Notes under the pieces: generated by a model
Databases searched by the model: none
What the model saw: only the letters and a program-made list of their open reading frames with translations
Told to the model about the DNA's origin: nothing
Shown: in pieces, positions 27,722 to 37,892 of the stretch
Position numbering within the stretch: the first letter of the stretch is position 1
Layout of the letters: every line of letters starts with the position of its first letter
Assembly (NCBI GenBank): GCA_965240325.2
Contig: OZ251222.1
Coordinates: 2,480,001-2,544,000, forward strand
Reading direction: 5' to 3'
Length of the DNA stretch: 64,000 bases
Source of the DNA: Rebecca billardiae RCC1528
Lineage: Eukaryota; Protista; Haptophyta
Made by a program: the position numbers and the translations under genes

Positions 27722-29833
27722 ATGCGAAGGATCTTGCCGCGACCCGGACTCTACGCACTACTTATTCTCAGCTTCACGCCTTCACGTTGCATCCGGACCG
27801 GCGCTCTAGCTTGGGCGCCCAGCATGGCGCCCATGTACGCCCGCACGCCGGGCGTTGCGTCCGCGATGCTCGCCGTCGCCGACATCGGCCCGGGTCCGTC
27901 GCAGGCGCAGCTCGCCAAGCTGCGGCTTCTCCTGCCGTTTGTCTGCTCGTTCGTCGCCAACGTGCCCTCGGCCGACCTGGTGCTGTTCGGCACGCCGCTC
28001 AGCGCGCTCGAGCCCCTCGCGCGCGCGCACCCACGCGTGCACGTGCTGCCGCTCCCCGGAGCGGTGCCGCCGGAGGGCGTGCAGTCGGGCAGATACGCGA
28101 TGTACTCGTCGTTCATGCACGGCTCGTACGGCGCTGACGCGCGCGCCCTCCGTCGGGTCGCGATTTCGGACAGCTTCGACGTGATCTTCCAAGCGGATCC
28201 GTTCGAGCGCATGCGCGACGACGGCCACGAGGAGATTCAGTTCTTCCTCGAGAAGGACGGGTACGACCTGAACGCCTCGTATTACAACCGGCTCTGGCTC
28301 GAGACGCTGTACGGCGTCGGCTGGATCGACCCCATCATCCACCGCACGGTGAGCTGCTCGGGCTTCTCGATGGGCACGAGCGGCGCGATGCGCACCTACC
28401 TGGCCAAGATGGCGGCGGCCGTGACGAAGGAGGTGCGGCCGCGGGTGCGCGAGTTCAGGAAGCGCTTCGGCTGGCAGTTCACGCGCGGGTACGACCAGGG
28501 CGTGCACAACCGCCTCGTGCTCGCCGAGGGCGGCGCGGCCGACGCGGGCACGGCGGTGCGCACCGTCTCGAGCACAGCCGGCATCGTGCTCACTGCCAAC
28601 AAGATGACGCTGGGCGAGCACTTCCAGCTGCTAGGGGTGCGGCTGGTCTCGCCGAGCGGCGTGCTGTACGCGGCGGTGCACCAGCACAATCGCGTCGTCG
28701 AGCAGCTCAACGCCGCGGGCGTCAGCCTCACCTGCGAGCACGCAAAGCTGCGCGAGCCGCCGTACTGCGCCGCGTGCAGCGCGCGGCTCAGCTACGCCAT
28801 CGCCCTGCCCGGCGCCGCCGCACCCGCACCCGCACCCGGCACAGCCGCCGCCGCACCCGGCGGCACGATGGCGGGCGCAAGGAGTAGGGCCGCGGCCGCC
28901 GGCGCCATCGACGCGCGCGCGCGTGCCGCTGGGCAGCACTCGCTCGAGCAGCTCCGGACGTGGGTGATCAGCCTGCCGGGAGAGCGCACCAAGTTGGGCC
29001 GCGCCGCGCTGTTTGGGCGCGCGGCCGAGGTGAACCTCACCGATCACCTCGCCTTCGTCGACGCGGTGGATGGGAGCGACGCTCGGGCCGTGTCGGCGTG
29101 GCTGGGCGGGAAGAACTTCTCGCACGTCAAGTGCGCCGAGTGGCGCGACATGGCGCACAAGAAGATCGTGCTCTGGGCGTCGGCCATGCGCGCGCTCGAG
29201 CGCGCGGCCGCCACGACCGACGCGCCCTCGCTGCTGCTCGAGGACGACGTCGTGTTCCGGCCCAACCCGCGCGCGTTCCGCCAGTTCGTGCGCACGGTGC
29301 TTGCGGCGCTCTCCGCGCCCGACGCGCGCGGCAGCGGCCCGTGGGACGTGGTCTTCCTCGGCTCGTGCCTCGAGCAGCTCGACAAGGCGTCCCCGTGCTA
29401 CAGCCTCGGCGGCGGGCTCTTCCTCTCGCTCGCGTACATGCCCGTGTGCGGGCACGCGCTGCTGCTCAGCCCGCAGGGCGCCAGGCGCATGCTGGAGCTG
29501 CTCCGTGGCTGGGGGGAGGAGTACCACAAGCGCACGCGCGAGCTGCGCCAGCCCACCGACTGCGCCAAGGCGGCGAACACCAAGCAGCGAGGCGAGCGCA
29601 TGGCCGAGTGGTGGAAGATGTACGAGGGGAAGGACCAGTATGTCAAGTGGATGATCAAGCTCGGCAAGCTGGACGCGTACCACGTGTGGCCGCAGCTCAT
29701 CTTCCAGCAGAACCGGCTCAACGACCACCGCTTCACGTACTGGCACAAGCTGCCGGCCTCGTGCTCACCCACGGCTGCGACGCCGATCACCGCCGAGCGC
29801 CTGCGCGCAGCAAGTGGCAAGCCGCGCCCATAA
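27722..29833 (+). CDS. Two-domain glycosyltransferase: GT-A-like N-terminal domain plus GT25-like C-terminal domain
   Basis: The N-domain has ISDSFDVIFQADPF, CSGFSMGT and DQGVHN. The C-domain has WVISL..R, FVDAVDG, LLLEDDVVF, WDVVFLG and HALLLSPQGARRML. The N-terminal segment is hydrophobic. Confidence 0.85.
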   Translation: MRRILPRPGLYALLILSFTPSRCIRTGALAWAPSMAPMYARTPGVASAMLAVADIGPGPSQAQLAKLRLLLPFVCSFVANVPSADLVLFGTPLSALEPLARAHPRVHVLPLPGAVPPEGVQSGRYAMYSSFMHGSYGADARALRRVAISDSFDVIFQADPFERMRDDGHEEIQFFLEKDGYDLNASYYNRLWLETLYGVGWIDPIIHRTVSCSGFSMGTSGAMRTYLAKMAAAVTKEVRPRVREFRKRFGWQFTRGYDQGVHNRLVLAEGGAADAGTAVRTVSSTAGIVLTANKMTLGEHFQLLGVRLVSPSGVLYAAVHQHNRVVEQLNAAGVSLTCEHAKLREPPYCAACSARLSYAIALPGAAAPAPAPGTAAAAPGGTMAGARSRAAAAGAIDARARAAGQHSLEQLRTWVISLPGERTKLGRAALFGRAAEVNLTDHLAFVDAVDGSDARAVSAWLGGKNFSHVKCAEWRDMAHKKIVLWASAMRALERAAATTDAPSLLLEDDVVFRPNPRAFRQFVRTVLAALSAPDARGSGPWDVVFLGSCLEQLDKASPCYSLGGGLFLSLAYMPVCGHALLLSPQGARRMLELLRGWGEEYHKRTRELRQPTDCAKAANTKQRGERMAEWWKMYEGKDQYVKWMIKLGKLDAYHVWPQLIFQQNRLNDHRFTYWHKLPASCSPTAATPITAERLRAASGKPRP

Positions 29834-30220
29834 GTCCCGTCGTCGAATTCGAGACGAACGGAGTCTAAGCCGCCGCCATACTTGTTAATTAAATACCGGC
29901 ACGCCCCGGTACTCGGCTCGGCAGTACGTACGAGCAGATTATTCTGACTGAATGCGGCTGTCAGCGCAGCCCTCTGCGGCACTCTCTGCGAGGCGTGCGA
30001 GCCTGTCCGCCGTGTCGTCGGCGGCATCATCAATACTTGTTCAAATAATTAATATATTATGCTGTCGGGCGGTCGCCCTTAGGCGCGGCCCTGTGGCCGC
30101 TCGGTTCCGCCGAGTGACTCGGGCTCGGTGACACAGACGTCAGTCACAGAGGTCCCGCGTCTCTGAAGACGCCGAGCCCGCGAGCCCGTACCAAGGAGAC
30201 TTTAAAAATCCACTGGCCGG

Positions 30221-30448
30221 CCCGACTGGGGAGGAAGGCAAGTGGACCGATGCTCCGTACCCTGGGGTTCGAGTGTCCGGTGTTTTGGAAGGCTGGCCAC
30301 TGTGGCTTTTTGTCCGGAGATCGCCCAGAATAATAGGCGTTTCAGCGAGAAAAGTACCGCTGAAGCCTGCAAAAACACCGGACTCTCAAACCCCAGGGTA
30401 CAGAGCATGGGTCCAAGCTCGCACTGGGGGCTTCCTCCCCGCAGTGGG
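30221..30448. mobile_element. Long imperfect foldback (MITE-like or hairpin RNA)
   Basis: TGGACCGATGCTCCGTACCCTGGGGTTCGAGTGTCCGGTGTTTT pairs with AAAACACCGGACTCTCAAACCCCAGGGTACAGAGCATGGGTCCA. The outer arms are GGGGAGGAAG and CTTCCTCCCC. Confidence 0.75.
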
Positions 30449-31283
30449 TTATTTGTAAGACCCCTTGCCCGTACTAACTCTAATCAGAAGTAGCCGTCAT
30501 CGCGGATGATTATTCATCATCCGATCGTAGTGAACGTCACGGAGTCAGTCAGATCACCGTCAGTCACACAGAATAAAGTGTCACACTACTATATAATATT
30601 AACTCAGTATATACTACATCATATTAATATATATATATTAATATCGGACGAGATAATTTATCGAAAAAAGCGGCACCGGGATGCACCGTAGCTTAGCTAC
30701 GGGCTCGGACTCAGCTGACCGTCAATCACAGCGCGCCAGCGGCATCTCGCCTCTCGGAGGCCGTAGTTAGTCTGCTGTCTGATCACTCACTTCACTCAGC
30801 AAATCCGAATTAATTCTGACGATGCCACTTATGCGTTTACACTCTGAGTCGATCTGATTATCTAACATGGCAGCACCATGTCTGTCCATGACGATGACAC
30901 GTCCTCGGAGTCTGATTCCCTGAGGCCTGAATCAGGTATCGGACCCGTCGTCATGCCCGCCGCGCGCGGCTCGGCGCGCGGACCGTACTGGTCCGCCGAT
31001 GAGTCGCGGCCAGGTGCCCTCGCTGCCGTGAGCCCCGATAGCACTCAACGCCCAAAGGCACAAGTGCAGCGGTCACCGGACTTTCACGCATGCTATGTCT
31101 CCTGCACGCCCCACCCCCGGGCACATCCGAGTCTTCTAGCCACATTCACCGTGCTGGTGTGCATGTGACCGCCCACCTCAGAACTCAGAAGAGGTTGAGG
31201 GTGGAGGAAGCCTCCAGGTGGAGCCTGGAGGCCAATTCGGGCGGGATGGGCTTGCGTGCACGTGTGGCGCAGCTCGAGCGCGA

Positions 31284-31532
31284 TCAGCAGATGGTGCAGA
31301 TGATGAAGCCAGCGTCGGACGTCAGCGAGTTGAAGTGGCCACATGATCGGCAACGCCAGGATGTTGCGCCTCGCGGCAAGGGGTATAGCGCGCGGCATTT
31401 CTGACATGGATGTCCCGGGGGCGCGTCGGCCGAGGAGGATTCATTTCGCGCCGTTGGGTCTGTCCCGACCCCATAGTCACCGCCCGGCTGCTCCAGCACG
31501 AACGCCGTGCTCTTCTGCTCTTGTTCAGCCAT
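31284..31532 (-). CDS. 82-aa protein with one LSD1-type zinc finger and a terminal CaaX-like motif
   Basis: CQKCRALYPLPRGATSWRCRSCGHFN fits CxxC…LxxGAxxxRCxxC. It ends CTIC*. The start is taken at MAEQEQ, and upstream ATGs are possible. Confidence 0.65.
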   Translation of the reverse strand: MAEQEQKSTAFVLEQPGGDYGVGTDPTARNESSSADAPPGHPCQKCRALYPLPRGATSWRCRSCGHFNSLTSDAGFIICTIC

Positions 31533-31828
31533 CGACTCACTCACACGCCCGTCCGCCAGCGACAGCAAGGCGACGACAGGTTGCGTCGAGACGTCAAGCA
31601 GATGTGCGCCCAGGCACAATAATTGTATGGCGGCCGCGCCCGCCATTTTCATCAGCCAATCAAAGCTCATCAAATCGCGCGCAGGGCAACGTTTCGGAAG
31701 GCCGCCAAAGCCCGGCCGGGCCGCCAAAACCGAATAACTAAAGCTTAGACGCCGGCCTATCGCTAAACCGCCTTGTGTGCTTGTGGGGGGAGGCGGGCGT
31801 GGGCCGAGATTCTGCCGAGGAGTTGGCG

Positions 31829-34800
31829 ATGGCTGCGGCTTGGCTGGCTCTGGCCGTCTTCGGCGGGGTCGCGGGTGTTCCGAGCGGCTGGCGTGCGGTG
31901 CACACTGTCCACGTGCGCCCGCACGGCCCACTCGGTGCGCGCGCTGCCGGCACGCCACCAGGCACGGGCGCGGGCGACGCCGAGGTTGCCGACCGCGTCG
32001 AGCTCAACCTGCACGTGGCTAACCGGACAGTGTCCTTCGAGATGGAGCACCGCAGCGTGTTCGCGCCGGACGCGAAGGTGGTCATCCACCGCGCTGGGCG
32101 CGTGGAGGTCTCGCCACCGCCAAAGCTGCGCACGTACGCGACGCGCGGCCGGCCGCACGAGTGGGCGCACGCGACTGTCATGCCCGATGGCACCATCAAG
32201 GCCGTCGCCCACTTCGCGCTGGAGCACGGCGGCGCGCCCGACGTGTACGTGATCGAGCCCGCCACCTCCTCGCACACCGACGCCCACGGCCGCGCCTTTG
32301 CGCACGGCCGGCCGGTGATGCACCGCATGGCTGATCTCGTCGTGAGCAGCGATCAGAAGTGTGGCGCGCCCGACCACGCCCACGCCCACGGCCACGGGTA
32401 CACCGTGACGAAAGCGGAGCCCTCGGATGCGCACGCGCATGGTGAAAGCACCGCGCGGGCGTCGGCCGACCATGCCCGTGGCCCTGCGCATCGCCGCCGC
32501 GAGGGTGGGCAGTCACGGCGCCGCCGCTCGAACGCCGCCGGCGCGAGCGCGCGCCCGCTGCCTGGCAACCGCACGACACGTGGCGCCCGCCGCCTGAGCG
32601 GGCTGAACACGCTTCCGACCGGCCCGCCGTACGGCCGGCTCTCGTCGTGCCCGAGCACGGATCGCCAGTACACGATGCGCGTCGGCATCGTCGCCGACCA
32701 CGGCTTCACCGCCGCCAACACGGACGCGGCGGGCACGCTCGCTGAGATCTCGTCCATCCTCAGCCTCACCAACGTCGTGTACGACGACCAGGTGGGCGTG
32801 AGCCTGGTGGCCGGGCACGTGATCATCAACGAGGACGACTCGCTCGGCTTCGCGCAGAGCGGGCCGAACTACAGGCCCAGCACGCCCGGGCAGAAGACGT
32901 GCCCGTCGCCCATCCAGGACGGGACGCTGGCCACGATGTTCAACACCGCGCAGGCGGAGGTGCAGGTGCGCGCGAGCGCCGCGTGGACGCTGCTCAACCA
33001 GATGGCGATGTGGTCGGCGAACTACGCGCCTGACGTGAGCGTGGGCACGTGGCACCTGCTCACCAACTGCCTCGGGCTGACGGGCACCGTCGGGCTCGCG
33101 TGGACGGGCACCGCGTGCACGGGCTCGCAGAAGCTGTACGTCTCTGACACCGGGAGCGCGTGCAGCGGGTGCGAGCTCAGCCTGGTGAGCAACGGCAACG
33201 CCGCCGGCACCGTCGTCGACTCGTCTCCGTACGTGGCCGACGCGTGCCCGCCCGACTGGAACCTGTGCATCGCGAACGTGGCCGTCTCGTCCAACTCGCC
33301 GACGACGTGGCGTACCTTTGCGCACGAGGGTGCGCGCGCGGCGGCGCCGAGCGCGAGTGCGCCGCGCCGCGCTCGCGCGAGCGACCGTGCCCCCATCCAG
33401 CCCGCCCCGTGCCCTGCTCACTCGAGCGCCGCCGCGCCTGCGCCCCTCCGCGGGCGTGCCTCCGTGTGCGCCGCGTGGTTCCAGTCGGGCACAACCTCAA
33501 CGCGCCGCACACCTTTGGCAGCGGCGGCCTCATGGCGTACTCGGGCGACCCGCAGTTCTACGACGACGGCAGCGTGTGCACGTACGTGCAGGCGCGCCTC
33601 GACGAGCGCACGTACGCGGACGCCGACTGCATCATCGACGAGACGCCCGTGTGCGGCAACGGCGTGCGAGAGACCGGCGAGAGCTGCGACGACGGCAACG
33701 CCAAGCCCGGCGACGGCTGCGACGACGCGTGCCACGAGGAGTGCAAGTGGAAGTGCACGGAGGACGCGGCGGGGCTGTCGACGTGCGTGCAGGCGTGCGG
33801 CGACGGCGTCGTCGACCACTCGCTCTTTGAGGAGTGCGACGACAGCACGGCGTGCTGCTCCGGCTGCCGGCTGGTCTCGGGCGCGGAGTGCTCCCCCGGC
33901 GACTCCGCCGAGAACGAGTGCTGCACCGCCGGATGCCTGCTGAAGCCCGCCACGAGCACGTGCGGCGTCTCTGGCTTCTGCGGGTACGACGGCGCGTGCG
34001 TCGAGGAGGCGACCTTCTGCGAGTACGGGCTGGGCGCCAACTACGCCGTGGACACGAAGGGCGCGGAGAACGCGGACGGGATCGCGTGCCCGATCCAGAC
34101 GGCGAGCCCGTGCACGCTCCAGTGCTTCCTCATCCCGACCAAGACCTGCTTCAGCGTGAACAACGCCGCGTACAGCCACGCGATGAGTGGGCAGCGCTGC
34201 GAGGTCGGAGCGCAGCGCGGCATCTGCGACGGCTTCAGCTGTGTCACCGGCGCGACGTGCGGCAACGGCGTCGTCGAGGGGTTCGAGGAGTGCGACGACA
34301 GCTCGCCGTGCTGCGACCAGAGCACGTGCATGCTCGTCGATACCGCGTCGTGCAGCCCCCCCGGCACCGGCTGCTGCTCCGCCACGTGCGTCGCCGAGAC
34401 GGCGAGCGTCGCGTGCGCGGACGGCGCGGGCTACTGCAGCAAGGGCACGTGCCGCACGGACGTGGTCAACATCGCGTGCGAGGGCTGGGGCCTCGCCGTC
34501 TCGTTCAACACGACGACGTGCCCCTTGCGCCACGGGCTCGAAGAGGGCTGCGCCATCGAGTGCACCGACACCTCCACCCGCGCGCCGTGCTTCACCACCG
34601 ACGACACGCTGCCTGACGGCACGATCTGCAACCGCGGCAACGGCGTGCACGGCGTGTGCGTGAGCGGCCTGTGCGAGGAGGCACAGACCGAGTGCCGGGC
34701 GGGGGTGAACCCGCTGCCGCCGCCGAGCCCGCCGAGCACGCCGCCGCCTGCGCCGCCCTCGCAGCCTCCGCCGCCGTCCCAGCCTCCGCCGCCCTCGCCG

Positions 34801-35703
34801 CCCACGCCGCCCACGCCGACCAACCCGACGCCGCCGCCCGCGCCGCCCTCGCCGCCCAAGCAGCCGCCCAGCCCGCCGCCCTCGCCGCCGCCGTACCGCT
34901 TTGGGTACAAGCACACCGTGCAGATGACCCTCTCGGGAGCGGCGTCGAGCTGGGACCAGGCGACCTCGGGCGGGCGCGCGCGCTGGACCGCCCTCCGGCT
35001 GAGCGTCATGTCCGCGCTCGACCTCTCGGACGAGGCCAACGTGAACTTTCTCGACGCGGCACAGGGCGACGCGGCCGACCAGACGATGCTCACCTTTGAG
35101 ATCTTCGAGCCGTCGTCGGGCGGCGCCGACGCGATCTCGGGGATGGTCACGTCGCAGGCGGTGAAGATCACCTCGCTCGTGACGAGCACGCTCGCCCTCT
35201 CGGTGCTCGCCCAGGCCTCCGTCGCCAGCACCGTCGGCGTCAACCTGCCGGCGCCGCCGCCAAGCCCGCCCGCTCCCACGCCGGACGTGGACAGCGGCGC
35301 CGGGGCGAGCGACGCCGGCGATGACGATGACGACGACAACTCGCCGTCCGCCTCGCCACCGGCGGCGGGGCCGGATGCCAGCCTGACGGACTGGCTCAGG
35401 GGCCTGCCCACCTTCGCGATCTACATCCTCGTCCCGCTCCTCGTCGTCTTCTGCTGCTGCTGCGTCGTCGTGTTTGTCGTCCTCTCGCGTCGCTCCAAGC
35501 GCGACAAGTTTCAGGACATCCAGGTGCCCGAAGTCGGCACCGCGGGCGATCCGGACGGCGTGCGGCACGGGCGCACGCGGGTGGACGTGGGCATGCCGGG
35601 CTCGCCGAGGTTCGAGCGCAACTTCCCGCAGACGCCCAAGGGCCAGCGCGGGGACTGGGTCGCCGAAGCGATGGCGCCGACGCCGCGCCCCGCGCGCGAG
35701 AGC

Positions 35704-35738
<35 letters not shown>

Positions 35739-36282
35739 CAACCAGCATGAGCCGGACTGGGTGGCTGCCGCGCTCTCGGTGCCGCAGCAGCCGAGGGAGC
35801 CTCGGCGCAGCCGGCCGTCGGACCAGCGACACACGCCACGGGACCTGGAGGCGCGCGCGATGGCCGAGACGCCCCCTGGCACGCCGCCCGGCACGGCGCG
35901 CCGGCACGGCCGCCCCGATTCGAGCCGGCAGCAGTGGGACCCGCACGCGCCGACGCCCCCTGGCACGCCGCCCAAGGAGCACCATCGCAACTTCCACAAC
36001 GGCAGCGAGCACGGCTCGCAGGGGCGCAGCGGCGGCGGCCGACGCGCGCGCCCCCTCGACGACGAGCGCAACACGCCTGAGTTCAGCTTCGCATTCGACG
36101 AGCGCAGCGGCGGGCCGCAGCAAGGCGAGCGCCGCCCGCGATCCACTCTGGGCGCGGGCCGAAGCGACGGCGAGGCCGGCCGCCAGGCTCACAGCGAGCA
36201 CCCACGCTCTCAGCGGCGCGGCGATGCCGACTCGGATGCGCGCAGGCCCCGCCAGAGCACCCCTGCCAACCTGTCGGTGTGA
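31829..36282 (+). CDS. ADAM-like (reprolysin/M12B) type-I membrane metalloprotease with disintegrin-like Cys-rich repeats and a Pro-rich stalk (intron 33330-33484)
   Basis: It has a signal peptide, a prodomain with KCG and basic cleavage sites, and GTVGLAW. The spliced zinc motif is TFAHE|VGHNLNAPH with Met-turn GLMAY. CGNGVxE.GE.CDD repeats, a TM segment AIYILVPLLVVFCCCCVVVFVVL and a disordered tail follow. Confidence 0.9.
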
Positions 36283-36684
36283 TCGAGACTTGATCCGTGC
36301 AGCACCTCGACCGGGCACCGGCTGGCTCACGTCGGGGTCCGGCGCCCTCGTCCCACCCCTCAGTCACTCGTCGTCAGTATTCACCGCCCCGCGACTCACA
36401 ACTTGAAACATGTCACCCTGCGGCGCCGTGGGTCACGGTGGAGTCGCGCGGTGTTGTACTGTGAGTCGCATACGTACAGCAGTCGTAGTACATCGCGCGT
36501 TTATTTACATATTACTCTGATGAAGATGATGTAGCCAAGCTAGCTGAGTCTGCTGCCACCTGACAGCATGGCCTGCTGCTCTCAGTCAGCAGCTCTTACG
36601 CGCGCCGTGAGTCCCGTGTCACCACGACTCACGAGTCACGTGTGACGTGACTCACATCACATATCAGACGTCGCAATCGCGTCG

Positions 36685-37587
36685 TCAGGAAGCACTCCCA
36701 AACGCGACGACTATGCTGATGCGCTCCGGGTTGCGCCGAAGGAGGTAGTCCGAGCGTCCCCAGAAGTCCACCACACTGCGCCGCCCGTCAGCCTCGGTCA
36801 CCTCCATCCCGCCGCGGATGGCGTGGCCCCAGGAGTCGCGCGCAGGGCCGGAGAAGCTACACAGGCTGCGCTTTTGTAGGAGCACGTCAATGTCCTGGTC
36901 CGTCCAGGAGCGGAGCCCGATCTCGACCGGGTCCTTCCGCGGCTTGACCCCCGGGGGCACGAAAGTCAGGACGGCGTCGCTGAGGAGCCCTAGGATGAAG
37001 ACCGTCGGCCCGTCGCCCTGAGGGTCCACGTGAGGATCAAGCCGGAAGAAGTGGTTGTCGCGGTAGTTGATCGTCACGTCGCACACGCGCCCGAGCGCGT
37101 ATCCGCTCGCGTTCAGGCCCCGGATGCTCGCCACGAGCTTTGTCATGGCCGCAGGTAGCGCCCCTTCATCGAAGTCGTCGCCATAGCCCCAGGGCGCTGG
37201 CTTCTCCTGCCGCTCGGGCCGCCCCGTGATGCGGCGTGACTTGAACTCGCCAAACTGCTTCATCTCCTCCTTGCTCCCCTCCGAGACCTGCTTCGCACCA
37301 TCGACGGTCACCACCTCGAGACCATGGCCCTCTGTCGTGAAGCCCCATTCTGGCTCCAGCTCACGCACCTCACGCTCGAGCTCCGCTGCAGACTCCTCTG
37401 AGACGAACTTGGACTCGAGGCGGATCCCTGGGTTTGCGTCGGTGCGGATGCGCTTGCCGGTGCCGACTCGTCGGCACGCCTCCTCGTCCAGTTCACTGAC
37501 GGCGCGCTGGAGGCTGCTGAGTGTGCGAACCAACGGACGGCGCAACGCGTTGCTGCACAGGCGGTGCACCTGCCAAGCGACCACCAT
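36685..37587 (-). CDS. AlkB-family Fe(II)/2OG dioxygenase (ALKBH7-like), possibly mitochondrial
   Basis: FVSEE…, TINY, HVD (HxD), R..WGHAI (distal His) and RISIV. The N-terminus is Arg-rich and presequence-like. Confidence 0.8.
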   Translation of the reverse strand: MVVAWQVHRLCSNALRRPLVRTLSSLQRAVSELDEEACRRVGTGKRIRTDANPGIRLESKFVSEESAAELEREVRELEPEWGFTTEGHGLEVVTVDGAKQVSEGSKEEMKQFGEFKSRRITGRPERQEKPAPWGYGDDFDEGALPAAMTKLVASIRGLNASGYALGRVCDVTINYRDNHFFRLDPHVDPQGDGPTVFILGLLSDAVLTFVPPGVKPRKDPVEIGLRSWTDQDIDVLLQKRSLCSFSGPARDSWGHAIRGGMEVTEADGRRSVVDFWGRSDYLLRRNPERISIVVAFGSAS

Positions 37588-37892
37588 CGTCTCGCCGGCA
37601 GGGCGCGGCATACAATGGCGGCCAGGCCGATCGCACGATCGATCAAGGGGGTTCGATCGATGATGCAGCGGCTCGCAGGCCGAAAGCCGACGACGACAGT
37701 CGGCTTGCCCCTCCGCTGTTGACTCCCCTTGGCTGTTCCGCACCGGCAGGACTCGGGAGCCGCGGCCCGGGCGGGCCGGACGTGGAAGCGGTCTTACGGT
37801 ATCCCTCGTCACACACGGCGTTCGGCACCGACGACGCGCGCAGAGCGACGTGCGGATTTTCGCCACGACCTGTCAGCGATACCCCGGCCACG

